Below are positions 18,287 to 27,493 of a stretch of DNA of 64,000 nt, piece after piece. A model generated the notes under the pieces. It ran no database searches, was not told the origin of the DNA, and was given only the letters and a program-made list of their open reading frames with translations. This DNA is from a virus. Location: positions 8,850 to 72,849 of IMG/VR virus record IMGVR_UViG_3300037141_000243; one strand, written 5' to 3'. The translations under genes were made by a program, and so were the position numbers. Every line of letters starts with the position of its first letter. The stretch's first letter is position 1.

Positions 18287-18747
18287 GCTGCCTTCTGTTG
18301 TCTGTTGTAGATTGTGTTGTCTTTATGCCACTGACACCAGCGGTCGTGGTAATCGCCTGTTGGATGCCCACACATTTGAAATCCCTTCGCAGGATCATCG
18401 TGGGTATATTGACAATGTCCTGGGGCAGGGAAATCATTCTGTGGGCCTACAAAAGTAGGCTCGTGGATGATGGAGATTATGGTGGGGGGTGGGGGTATCG
18501 GGGTGGTTTTGACACGCTGGATACGACAGCTTAAATCGCGGTTGTTGGTTGTTCTTAGCCTAGCCCATTCTTGGCCGGCTGCCCTGGCCCGGCTTACAAT
18601 ACCAACAACAACCTGTCGCGTTATGCTTGGGTAATTGTGTATCATCTTACTCGCAATGACCTGGGCGCTGTCGCCCTTAATCCATAGCTGCTGAATAAAA
18701 CGCTTACCCGCGTCGTCGACACACGATTTTAGCCCGAAGTGTATCAT
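18283..18747 (-). CDS. GcrA-like cell-cycle/transcription regulator
   Basis: LW.KG.SA..IA....TRQVVVGIVSR N-terminal domain and CQY...DP...FQMCGHP....WCQWH C-terminal domain typical of GcrA. Confidence 0.8.
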   Translation of the reverse strand: MIHFGLKSCVDDAGKRFIQQLWIKGDSAQVIASKMIHNYPSITRQVVVGIVSRARAAGQEWARLRTTNNRDLSCRIQRVKTTPIPPPPTIISIIHEPTFVGPQNDFPAPGHCQYTHDDPAKGFQMCGHPTGDYHDRWCQWHKDNTIYNRQQKAA

Positions 18748-18769
18748 TATTTCCCAACCCCTTAAGAAT

Positions 18770-18930
18770 GATGTGCGGGACTCTCCCCGCTTGTCATGGT
18801 TGCGCTACCATTTGCGACTAGGGCGCTACCCTAATATTGCTCGGTCTGTTACGTCTCCAGCCCCCTAATCGGGGCAAGGGTATCAGGCGCTACCGCTGCT
18901 CGGAATACGGAGTATTCCATCCACGCAACT
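18770..18930 (-). ncRNA. Candidate structured RNA with three UAGCG-loop hairpins
   Basis: Intergenic; GGTAGCGC three times plus three further hairpins (see findings). Confidence 0.5.
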
Positions 18931-18975
18931 ACAATCAGATCATGGAAAGCGGGTCAATTCTGACAGCCTTCTGTC

Positions 18976-19076
18976 AAACGTAACAGTGAAAGGATCATTA
19001 CCCCTAGCTCGGGCGATGAAGGGCTTGGGACACACATTCCTTTGATAAAGGTAATGATCCCATCACTGCTGCGTTT
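18976..19076 (-). ncRNA. Candidate ~100-nt small RNA closed by a 27-bp stem
   Basis: Arms 19050-19076 and 18976-19002 pair at 25 of 27 positions on the minus strand; promoter-like TATGTT just upstream. Confidence 0.5.
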
Positions 19077-19522
19077 CAATAATAACATACGGGCCGGGTC
19101 TTCAGCCAATACCCATCCGCCAAGGCCGCCAAGTCTATTTCAGACAATGGCGGAGCTTTACCGTATTTCCTGGCGTGTGCTCGTTGTAGATTCAACAACT
19201 TGGAAATGACTTCCAGGTGCCAAGGCTGAATACAATTTCGTTTGTAACAAAGATGATCAGGTTCGTGATCTTTTTGTATCGGACCATAATGATGGTGGGC
19301 AACCCATCTATGCCCACCCCAAAACTTACGCGTCTTGCGTGGGCCTATGCTCCAAACCACGTAACCATATTGGTCCCTGGCCCCCTGCCAAAGCCAACAG
19401 GGGCCGTCCAGCTTGGGGTCGGGGCTTTCCTCGACCCTGATCTTGGGAAGCCACGAGGCCCGGAAATAGGGCATCAGGGCTAGGTCTGGACCGCCCCAGC
19501 GCCAATCCAAAGCGGGATCCAT
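19076..19522 (-). CDS. HNH endonuclease
   Basis: CWLWQGA...GY, HRW, DHLC..RNCIQPWHLE.....N; probable ATG at 19522 with AGAGG RBS. Confidence 0.85.
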   Translation of the reverse strand: MDPALDWRWGGPDLALMPYFRASWLPKIRVEESPDPKLDGPCWLWQGARDQYGYVVWSIGPRKTRKFWGGHRWVAHHHYGPIQKDHEPDHLCYKRNCIQPWHLEVISKLLNLQRAHARKYGKAPPLSEIDLAALADGYWLKTRPVCYY

Positions 19523-19645
19523 GGTGGCCTCTTTAGCTAAAGGCTTGAAATAAGGGGTGTTTTGGGCGTGGTGGGGGTAACTGAGCAATACGCATAACTA
19601 GCTTTTTATTTCCCCGCAACACCTTTTTATACCCAGGCCAGCTCG

Positions 19646-19969
19646 CTACCCTTTTTGGTCTTTAAGGTAATCTGTAATCATTTGATGCCATTCCCGCTTC
19701 ATCTTAACCTTACGATTTATCCGTTCATCCATGCGGTCGCTGTCAAGGCCAAAGCGTTCAACCACCAATTCCATCATCGCGAGAACATCAGCAAGTTCAT
19801 CCTCCAACCATTCCTTGTTGGACTTTCGAGTGACCGGTTCACTTTCGGCAATGCCCTGAATGATGCAACGCGACACCGCTGCGCCACATTCGTTCAATTC
19901 CTCACCCAGCTTCCCCAGATGGGCAAGGTCGACCAGATTTGTCGTGGGTATCCACAGGCTTGGTTTCAC
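19646..19969 (-). CDS. MazG-like nucleotide pyrophosphohydrolase
   Basis: KLGEELNE...LEDELADV acidic helical motif. Confidence 0.7.
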   Translation of the reverse strand: MKPSLWIPTTNLVDLAHLGKLGEELNECGAAVSRCIIQGIAESEPVTRKSNKEWLEDELADVLAMMELVVERFGLDSDRMDERINRKVKMKREWHQMITDYLKDQKG

Positions 19970-21813
19970 ATCCAGGCCAGCTCGCTACCTTTTTTGGTTT
20001 TTGTAATCAACATGGTCCCGTCAAACGATCCTTTGTCTAACGAATGGTGGTCTACAAAGAAAATTGCCCGGCCTAATTCCAAAGCCCTATCGCGTAAGTG
20101 ATCGAGAAGATCATCAACCCCGACAGCAGACAAACCTCGAGTCGGTTCATCAAGCACCTCCATGCTGGGTGAAACACCGGCCCGCGCCAATAGTACTTCT
20201 GATAAAGCAAACGATGTTGCAAGCTGCCAGCGTTGTGACTCACCACCAGAATAGGACTCAAATCTGATTGGCTCATCCTGTCCCGGTGGGTACAGCATAA
20301 CCGTAAAGCCTGCTGATACTTTCCCGCTTGCTGTTTCCCTTTCGGTTTCGAAGCGAATACCCCAGTCCTCTAACCCCAGCATAGACGCGTGCCGGGATGC
20401 GCTCATTTCCAATTCAACCAAAGTCTCATCAATGATAGACAGGCGCAGCTCTCTAAAGCCGTCTACCCAATACTTAGCTTGTTCCTGCAAGCCTTTTTGT
20501 TCGTCCAGCGCCTTGACCGCCTTGGCCTGTTGTTCCTTTACTTTATCCCGACGTGCGCGCTGGTTGATCAACAACTCGCGGTGATGATTTACCGTGGCCT
20601 TTTCCCGCTTCAGATTGCTCATGGCGGCCTTAAGGGCTTCGCCGGCAATACCTGATTCGCGTATTCCCCTAATCCACACCTCGTGTTCGTTTTCATACGC
20701 CCTCTGCCTTACCTTAAAGGCGTCATCTGCACGCTGTAATGTCTTTTGCAGGGCGTCGATGTCTCCAGCTATCTTAGCCGCTTCGCCCTTTTGCTTGGCA
20801 ATCAGATCGTCCAGCGTCTTCGCCTTGGCCTCAATTCCGTCTGTTTGTTTAGCGGCTTCCTTGCTGCTGATCTCTTGCCCGCATTCCTTACACATCTTCT
20901 TGGGCTTTTTGGCCTGCTCATCAATCCAGTCCAATTCGTCCTGCAAGAGATTACGCTTTTCCTTGTTGGACGAAATATCGCGAGCCAGAACCGCCGCGTT
21001 CCTTTGGCGGGTATTAATATCATTATGGATTTTGTCCGACGCATCGTTGATCGGGGCCACAGGTTTATCGACGGTCAATACACCTCTGACCGCTTTCTCG
21101 GCAGCGGCTAAAGCCTTGGTCAGCTTTTCGACATTGGCTTGTTTGGTCTCGTCAAATTCATCGGCGGCTTTAATTGTATTGCTGATGTCATCACGCAAGG
21201 AATCCAGCAAGGCTGCACTGGCGGCTTGATCCTTTTCGATCTCACGTATCTGGGCTTCGGCGTTGGTGGTCGCTGCCTTGGCCTGATCAACCGCTTTAAG
21301 CCAAACGTCCAACGACAGGGCTTCGGTAAACATCTGCGATTGTTGCTCGGGGCGCAGGTCCAGGAACATGGTGCCGAATTGTCCTAGCACGATTGTCCTG
21401 CGGAACATTTCCTCCGTCATACCAATCAGCTTGGGGATTTCCTCTTGCGCTATTTCCTTGCCATCCGTTGACCCGGCATAAACCACGATACTGTTGGGGT
21501 TGCGGGTTCGATCAATGATATAATTTTCCTCACCACGTTCAAACTCAAGGCTGACTTTCGTCTTGCCTTTACCAACCCAAGGCTTGATCGAATCGGCGGG
21601 ACGGTTGTCACGGCCCGTTTTCCCAAACAATACCCAAATAAGCGCATCAAAGATTGTGCTTTTACCAACACCGTTACTCCCTAATTCAGGCTCGACCAAA
21701 TTACGGCCCTGGATGAAATATAACCCAGGATCACGGTCCAGCTTTACCTCGTGCGATCCTGAAAACGTCTTAAAGTTCTCCAGCGTCAGGGAAAGGAAGC
21801 GTAAGTCACTCAT
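19966..21813 (-). CDS. SbcC/Rad50/T4 gp46-like ATPase
   Basis: Walker A GSNGVGKST, coiled coil with CKEC hook, signature YSGGE, Walker B VLDEP, H-loop VDHH. Confidence 0.92.
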   Translation of the reverse strand: MSDLRFLSLTLENFKTFSGSHEVKLDRDPGLYFIQGRNLVEPELGSNGVGKSTIFDALIWVLFGKTGRDNRPADSIKPWVGKGKTKVSLEFERGEENYIIDRTRNPNSIVVYAGSTDGKEIAQEEIPKLIGMTEEMFRRTIVLGQFGTMFLDLRPEQQSQMFTEALSLDVWLKAVDQAKAATTNAEAQIREIEKDQAASAALLDSLRDDISNTIKAADEFDETKQANVEKLTKALAAAEKAVRGVLTVDKPVAPINDASDKIHNDINTRQRNAAVLARDISSNKEKRNLLQDELDWIDEQAKKPKKMCKECGQEISSKEAAKQTDGIEAKAKTLDDLIAKQKGEAAKIAGDIDALQKTLQRADDAFKVRQRAYENEHEVWIRGIRESGIAGEALKAAMSNLKREKATVNHHRELLINQRARRDKVKEQQAKAVKALDEQKGLQEQAKYWVDGFRELRLSIIDETLVELEMSASRHASMLGLEDWGIRFETERETASGKVSAGFTVMLYPPGQDEPIRFESYSGGESQRWQLATSFALSEVLLARAGVSPSMEVLDEPTRGLSAVGVDDLLDHLRDRALELGRAIFFVDHHSLDKGSFDGTMLITKTKKGSELAWM

Positions 21814-22214
21814 TTCGGTTGCTCTTCTAAAAGCGAACGGACTAAAGCAAGACACAGGGCAAGAGCCGGATTATATGCAACGGCATCCCGTGCTATTTTT
21901 CCATGCGTACCAACAACCGCCTGATAGACACGCACCCGAGTTCTAAATGAATTGTACATTGTAGGAGTTGCCAAAGACCAATAAACACCCGGCAGCAAGC
22001 GATCAACCAAAGCCACGGCAGCATCAAGCGATGACGTCATATGTGGGGCTTCCGTAGACCAAACCTTATCTCCAGTTTTCCAGGCCACCAAATGGGGGTA
22101 TTCATCAATCGGGGTTTTCTCTTTGTAGCCGAGAATTGTTAGCTTTTCGTCCAGAGCACGATTCGGGACAATCTCTTTGGAAAGACGGTATTCTAAATCT
22201 ACAAGGTCAGCCAT
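21810..22214 (-). CDS. Hypothetical phage protein
   Basis: P.MTSSLDAA..LV..LLPG and PALALCLAL motifs seen in phage hypothetical proteins; probable start MADLVD. Confidence 0.55.
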   Translation of the reverse strand: MADLVDLEYRLSKEIVPNRALDEKLTILGYKEKTPIDEYPHLVAWKTGDKVWSTEAPHMTSSLDAAVALVDRLLPGVYWSLATPTMYNSFRTRVRVYQAVVGTHGKIARDAVAYNPALALCLALVRSLLEEQPK

Positions 22215-22410
22215 CAATTGACTCCAGACCTCGAAGCAGCCCGGCGATGAATTCGTCACCCTTCATCTTGGGATCGTTAACAAATTCATAACGCACGATA
22301 GCAATTATCTTTTCCTTTGGATCATTCAGTGGATCATCCAGGGCCACGTCAAAATTAACCTCTTTCAAGTAGACTGTATGGCCGCTCTTTGTGATAACGG
22401 TATAATTCAT
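22207..22410 (-). CDS. Hypothetical protein
   Basis: 67 aa, overlapping both neighbours in operon fashion. Confidence 0.5.
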   Translation of the reverse strand: MNYTVITKSGHTVYLKEVNFDVALDDPLNDPKEKIIAIVRYEFVNDPKMKGDEFIAGLLRGLESIDG

Positions 22411-23423
22411 CGACTGGCCGCCTTGAGGAAGCTTTCCCCGGCCTTTAGGAGCGGCCCGTCCAGGCCCTTTGCCCCGGCGAAGGCCGCTAGGGCATCCATC
22501 GGCCCGGAAGCCCCTGTGACGGCCCCTGTGCGGCCCTTGGCGGGCTTTTTGGGCTCAGGCAGGGCCAATAACTCTGGTCCCGTGAGTTCCAACCCCATTT
22601 CAGCCGCTTCCGCAATAATGTTGCGCTTGATCGCGGGCCACTCGGCATATGCGGTTCTGGGCATATGTACCCGAACCTTGACCTGATCGCCAGCTTTCAG
22701 GATTTCCCACGCAGCCGAATCGGCCAACGGTTCTGTGCCTTGTAAATCCACGGTCAGCTTATTCTTGGTCGGGAAATGTAAATCCTTGGTCGTCCCATCA
22801 TCGCGGATCAGGAGCACGCGGGGGGTGTGGGATTCGCCAAAGCGTACTTTATATGGGCTTCCTACGTATACGATTTGCTTAGTAAGCCGCTGGGCCTTGT
22901 GGATGTCGCCGCTGTAGATTTGAGCCTTGGTCTTACCAAAGACTGACGGCGGGATTCCGGTCAGGGCGTGGTCATTCATCTCGCTGATCGCCCCATCGAA
23001 AGTTTGATGACAAAATATGTATTCCGCTTTATTAAAGTCCAGCCCCTTCCAATCGGTTTGATAGTCGCGGGTGTTGGGAAGCAGCCATGTCCTAATGTCC
23101 TGCAAATAGGTTGGCTCTTTGATAAAAGCCAAATTCTTTTCGCCATCCATGAACCCGAAAAATGGGGTTGCGGGATCGATGTAATCATGATTGCCACGAA
23201 TGATTATTACCTCACAGGCCCTAGCAAGGTCACGCAAACCATCGACCAGCCTGTTGGTGAGGTCCGCACTGTGACAATTTTTCGCATCCGTCAAATCCCC
23301 ACCAAGTATAATCGTAGCGACGTTTTGCTTACGGGCCTGTTCCTTTAGCCACGGCAACAGCGCCCATCGATGCTCGTCCCTGGGTAAATCTGTAAAGTGT
23401 AAGTCCGCCGTAAACAGGATCAC
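22407..23423 (-). CDS. SbcD/Mre11/T4 gp47-like nuclease
   Basis: Phosphoesterase motifs ADLH, GGD, GNHD, HQ, GDIH and YVGSP. Confidence 0.9.
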   Translation of the reverse strand: MILFTADLHFTDLPRDEHRWALLPWLKEQARKQNVATIILGGDLTDAKNCHSADLTNRLVDGLRDLARACEVIIIRGNHDYIDPATPFFGFMDGEKNLAFIKEPTYLQDIRTWLLPNTRDYQTDWKGLDFNKAEYIFCHQTFDGAISEMNDHALTGIPPSVFGKTKAQIYSGDIHKAQRLTKQIVYVGSPYKVRFGESHTPRVLLIRDDGTTKDLHFPTKNKLTVDLQGTEPLADSAAWEILKAGDQVKVRVHMPRTAYAEWPAIKRNIIAEAAEMGLELTGPELLALPEPKKPAKGRTGAVTGASGPMDALAAFAGAKGLDGPLLKAGESFLKAASR

Positions 23424-23746
23424 TTCAGCCCACTCCCCGGCGTGGGCTCGTCCTCGTTTGCCGGCGGCTTTTCGCTGTCCGATTTCATGCTGCGGATATT
23501 GCGCTCGATCACAGACGAGCAGGCCACATTGAGGCTGTATTCGTGGTCGGGGATTTCACCCTTTGCCATTTTCTCAAAGACAAAGGCCCGCCAATCAACA
23601 CAGGCGCGAGCGGATGCTTCCAGGGCGTCGTCCTGGATAAATTGTAGCTTTTCAGCAAGGTAATTTATTTCCTCATCGTCATACCCTTCAGGGCCAATCC
23701 TTTCAAGGATTTCCCTAGCAAAGTCTTCCAGCTTTGGGTTTGTCAT
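23420..23746 (-). CDS. Hypothetical protein
   Basis: 108 aa with 4-nt overlaps on both sides. Confidence 0.55.
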   Translation of the reverse strand: MTNPKLEDFAREILERIGPEGYDDEEINYLAEKLQFIQDDALEASARACVDWRAFVFEKMAKGEIPDHEYSLNVACSSVIERNIRSMKSDSEKPPANEDEPTPGSGLK

Positions 23747-24261
23747 TGGGGCGGGTCCAACTTTAGCAATTCTTCAAACAACATCATACACACCGATTCA
23801 TCATTACTAAAAGCATACAAATCAGCTTGAGGACGCCAACGATCACCCAACCACATTTCCTCGTAATACATAAACACCACGACCGGGCAATTGTTCTGTT
23901 TGGCGATCAGCAGGGGGCGTTTGCCGGCCTTGGCAGCATCACGGCTGACCTGCTTCCAGTATTCCACCAGCGGGCCTTTGCCTTTCATCAAGGCAGCTTG
24001 CAGGTTGAGGTCCTTTACGAATTTGCATTCAATCGAAAAGTAATTGACCAACGCGTGGCCCTCGGGGGCGACGGCAGATATATCACCGGATTGCGATTGG
24101 GTCTTTTTGCCCTTGGCGTGGCGAACCGTGGCCCGGCCCCCCGACATTGCGCTACGCCAGAACGCACAATCACTTTTCCCGTCGGTAACCCACAAGGATA
24201 GCTTTTCACAAACTAGCCTCTCAAACGCAGCGCCTTTTTGCTTCCCTCCGCCGGCGCGCAT
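23743..24261 (-). CDS. Holliday junction resolvase (PD-(D/E)xK, T5 D14-like)
   Basis: KQKGAAFER, GDI and IECK motifs. Confidence 0.8.
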   Translation of the reverse strand: MRAGGGKQKGAAFERLVCEKLSLWVTDGKSDCAFWRSAMSGGRATVRHAKGKKTQSQSGDISAVAPEGHALVNYFSIECKFVKDLNLQAALMKGKGPLVEYWKQVSRDAAKAGKRPLLIAKQNNCPVVVFMYYEEMWLGDRWRPQADLYAFSNDESVCMMLFEELLKLDPPQ

Positions 24262-25286
24262 TATGTATACTTACGGCGACGTGGGAGGAAACTTGTTTCA
24301 ATATCATTCCAGGCTTTCGCCACCACCTGATCCAGCTCGTCACTGCGTTTGCGGTATTCCACGTCATCCCAGTCAACGGAGTCATCAATCAGTTGCTCGG
24401 CAGCAGCAATCGACAGGCCCATATCCTTTGTACGCTTGGCCTCGATCAACCACTCCATGCCGGCAGCAAAGCTATCGACACCAAAGCCAAAGGCCAGCGT
24501 AAACTGACACGACCGCAGCGCCACGCTGATTTTGTTCTTGGTGCATTTGGCCTTGATTAAAATCCCGGTCGTCCGCTTCTGCCCGTTGATGGTCTGGTTG
24601 ATGCTTTTCAAATGGGCCAGCTTTACAACTTGAGAAGCGTAGAAATCCAACGCCCGACCACCCGACCTTGTAGTCTTGTCACCAAACATCGCGCCAATGT
24701 TGTCGCGGATTTGGGAAATGATGATGACCGCCATATCGGTTTTGTTGATCTTGCGGATCAGCCGGCGGAATAGCTGACTCATCTGCTTGGCCTTATTGCC
24801 GCCATAGGACGGGGCATCAATCTTGCGGGCCAGCTCAGCGCGGTCAGAAAGCGCGTCAAGGCTATCCAGGATATACAACCCCGGCTGGCCCGGCTTGGCC
24901 TTGTCGAGGATGGAATCCAGGTCCTCGTAAAAGTCCTCAACCGAATCAAAGTTTACATCATCATCAAGGAAGCTGATTTGGCTGACCGGCATCCCCAGGG
25001 CTTTGGCATAGCTTTTGTCGAACGCGGACTCAGCCTCGCGGTAATAGATTTTGCCCTTGGGGTATTGTTTTAGGAAATTGGCGCACGCTTCAATCGCCAG
25101 CAGCGTCTTACCGGTTGACTTGTCACCGATGATATTGGTCAAGCGGCCAAGCACGTAGCCCCCGTTGCGACGCCCAGATATTACAAGATTCAGGAGCGTG
25201 CAGCCGGTGCTGATAAACTTCAGATCGGAGGGTGGGTCATAGTAAACCCCACCCTCCTTCTTATCCAGCTTTAAGCGGGGAGCCAC
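24261..25286 (-). CDS. RecA/UvsX-like recombinase
   Basis: ISTG, GDKSTGKT, ILDSL, ISQIRDNIG, SGGRALDFYAS and KNK motifs. Confidence 0.92.
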   Translation of the reverse strand: MAPRLKLDKKEGGVYYDPPSDLKFISTGCTLLNLVISGRRNGGYVLGRLTNIIGDKSTGKTLLAIEACANFLKQYPKGKIYYREAESAFDKSYAKALGMPVSQISFLDDDVNFDSVEDFYEDLDSILDKAKPGQPGLYILDSLDALSDRAELARKIDAPSYGGNKAKQMSQLFRRLIRKINKTDMAVIIISQIRDNIGAMFGDKTTRSGGRALDFYASQVVKLAHLKSINQTINGQKRTTGILIKAKCTKNKISVALRSCQFTLAFGFGVDSFAAGMEWLIEAKRTKDMGLSIAAAEQLIDDSVDWDDVEYRKRSDELDQVVAKAWNDIETSFLPRRRKYT

Positions 25287-26525
25287 TTATTTCCGCCTTA
25301 CCTTACGCGGCGGCTCGTCGTCCTCTTCAGCCTTGGGCTTCAAACGCTGGAGTCGGGCTCGGGTGCTGGCGACGGCGTCGTCGGAATCGGGATCGGCGTC
25401 TCGGCTTGCACGGGCTCGACCACGGGGCTTTTCTTCTTCGGGGTCCGGCTCCGGGTCGTCTTCCGGCTCGGGCTCTTCGGACCGGCTGCGGCGGCTACGC
25501 GGCGCTTCTTCTTCAGCCTCTTGGCGGCGTCCCCTGCGCGGGGTTTCGTCTTCGGCTTCTTCGCCGCGGCGCGAACGACGCGGGCTTTCTTCTTTGGTTT
25601 CTTCTTCGGCATTGTCATCCTCATTGTTACGCCCACGCGATCCCCTGGGCTTGGGTTCATCTTCAGGCTCCGGCTCTGAACGGTGATTTCTCGCAGAACG
25701 AGGCGTATTCGCTTCGGTGTCATCTTCGCCTTCCTCAGAAGACCGATTACGACTTGAACGAGTCGGCTTTTCTTCTTCCGCATCTTCTTCACGATCCTTC
25801 TTGGACCCCTTCTTGCCACGGTAAATCTTATCCAAGTAATCGTAATCGTGGATGATCAGCATGTCAGGCAACGGATTCTCAACAATGAAATCCATCCACT
25901 TATCCTGCGTCGATTGCTTTTCGTGCAGGGGCGAAGGGTCGCGGTCGATGTCCTCGTTGATGTAACGAGTATTTAGCATCTTGCCTTCACGGCGGAAGCT
26001 AATGTCGTGGCCGTTGTCAGGATCATCAATCGCCAGCACAGCCCCGGTTTTCTTGTTCTGCATACGAAGCTGCAAGGCTTTCTCAAGCTGCCAGCCAAGC
26101 CGCCAGACTTTGGGGCCTTCCTTTTCGGCGGAGCGGTCGATGATATAGGCCAAGCGTTCCTGCTTGGCTTTGAGGTCCTTGATGGCCTTTTCATCCTCGT
26201 CCTCGTCCATGCCGGCAACCGCCTCGCAGATTGGGCAAGCGGTATCCTGATCGAACAAAGCCCCCATCTTGGCCGGGCAAAGATAGACGCCGTTGTCAGG
26301 GCCGACATTACGGTGGACCCAGGTATCCAGGCACCAATTATTACCCCAATCGGATTTGAGATCCCAGGTCGGCGGCAGGATACGGTAATTGTTTTCGCCT
26401 TCCTCGACCTTCACAAACTGGACCAGATCATTAAGATAGCTATCGTAGGTGCTACCGGATTGCGTAGCCCGTTTCTTGACATCCTCCGGGCTGCGTTCTT
26501 GGTATTTGAATTTACTTGCTGCCAT
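25287..26525 (-). CDS. Single-stranded DNA-binding protein (T4 gp32-like) with long charged tail
   Basis: RILPP, H...CP...CPIC Zn site, DPDNGHDI; Glu/Arg-rich low-complexity C-terminus; AAGGAG RBS. Confidence 0.75.
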   Translation of the reverse strand: MAASKFKYQERSPEDVKKRATQSGSTYDSYLNDLVQFVKVEEGENNYRILPPTWDLKSDWGNNWCLDTWVHRNVGPDNGVYLCPAKMGALFDQDTACPICEAVAGMDEDEDEKAIKDLKAKQERLAYIIDRSAEKEGPKVWRLGWQLEKALQLRMQNKKTGAVLAIDDPDNGHDISFRREGKMLNTRYINEDIDRDPSPLHEKQSTQDKWMDFIVENPLPDMLIIHDYDYLDKIYRGKKGSKKDREEDAEEEKPTRSSRNRSSEEGEDDTEANTPRSARNHRSEPEPEDEPKPRGSRGRNNEDDNAEEETKEESPRRSRRGEEAEDETPRRGRRQEAEEEAPRSRRSRSEEPEPEDDPEPDPEEEKPRGRARASRDADPDSDDAVASTRARLQRLKPKAEEDDEPPRKVRRK

Positions 26526-26667
26526 TAGTCTCGTCTCCTTCTGCGATTTTAATCACTCGTTTTAGATGGGATTCCTTTTCACTGAAATACAGGCGCATGA
26601 AACCCCACACGAATACACCTACGGCCAGCAACACGCAGCCAACAATAATTACGTCCCTCGATGTCAT
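26512..26667 (-). CDS. Small membrane protein (51 aa)
   Basis: MTSRDVIIVGCVLLAVGVFVWGFMRLYF...; fills the gap between UvsY and SSB. Confidence 0.45.
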   Translation of the reverse strand: MTSRDVIIVGCVLLAVGVFVWGFMRLYFSEKESHLKRVIKIAEGDETNGSK

Positions 26668-26670
26668 CGA

Positions 26671-27195
26671 CTACCTCTTGTTGCGTGCTTCGCGCTGCTT
26701 ACCGGCAATCTCGCGGATGTCGGCTACCTTGCGGTCGCCCGCCTCATCCCGCGCTCGGCTACCCGTGGAAACTGTAAAGTAATTACTGGCGAATAGCTGG
26801 GCCAACTCGCGCAAAGCTCCGGAACGGTCACGATAGGATTCCTTCATCCCCGCCAACAGATCGGCTTGCAGACAGGCGCGTGCATACTTCTTGCGGTAGT
26901 CGATGATCTTGGGCGACAGGTCGATCTGGCTCTGCAACGACTTCTCGGTCAGCTTGTCCCCGGCCTTTTCCGCTTCCTGGCGGAATTGCCTGTCCAGCTC
27001 GGCCATTGCCTGATCACGCTCCATCTTGATCTCATCGCGGCGGGAGCAAGCCATGACATAGGCTTCACTGACCCGCCAATAGGCGTCCGGTTGCTCCATC
27101 AAAGCGGTATCCAGATCGTTGCGGTCGATCTTTAGGCCATCCCGCAGATCGTCGAGCAAGCTGTTGGTTTCGTCTTCGTCACGTGTTTTTGGCAT
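26671..27195 (-). CDS. UvsY-like recombination mediator
   Basis: LKIDRNDLDTALMEQP N-terminus, all-helical, near SSB and RecA. Confidence 0.6.
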   Translation of the reverse strand: MPKTRDEDETNSLLDDLRDGLKIDRNDLDTALMEQPDAYWRVSEAYVMACSRRDEIKMERDQAMAELDRQFRQEAEKAGDKLTEKSLQSQIDLSPKIIDYRKKYARACLQADLLAGMKESYRDRSGALRELAQLFASNYFTVSTGSRARDEAGDRKVADIREIAGKQREARNKR

Positions 27196-27204
27196 TTCAA
27201 TTCC

Positions 27205-27459
27205 TCACTTAGACCAATGTTTATTCGGATGCGGGCAAACGTTCCGCGCGGGGCAATCGTCGCAATACCATTCCCGGTCCAATGTCAGGATGCACTCCCA
27301 CACCTTGCCTTTGTACCAGCCCTTAGCGACCGGCACGGTGTTGGCGATCATCGTGCAGAACTCTTGCAGCTTCGCCGTTGTCGGAAGATAACGAAACGTA
27401 TCCAGCTTTTGCCGGTTTGCGTCCATTTCCTCTTGGCTGAGAATGTATTGCACAGGCAC
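27205..27459 (-). CDS. Hypothetical Cys-rich protein
   Basis: WEC...WYCDDCP...CP motif. Confidence 0.55.
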   Translation of the reverse strand: MPVQYILSQEEMDANRQKLDTFRYLPTTAKLQEFCTMIANTVPVAKGWYKGKVWECILTLDREWYCDDCPARNVCPHPNKHWSK

Positions 27460-27493
27460 CCCTAGTGATGAATCATGTTAATAACATACGGCC

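Noticed and set aside
25287-25800. Repeat array or CRISPR-like structure in the SSB tail (and in the scaffold at 1560-1680)
   Set aside because: These are degenerate coding repeats from low-complexity charged protein, with no constant repeat-spacer period.
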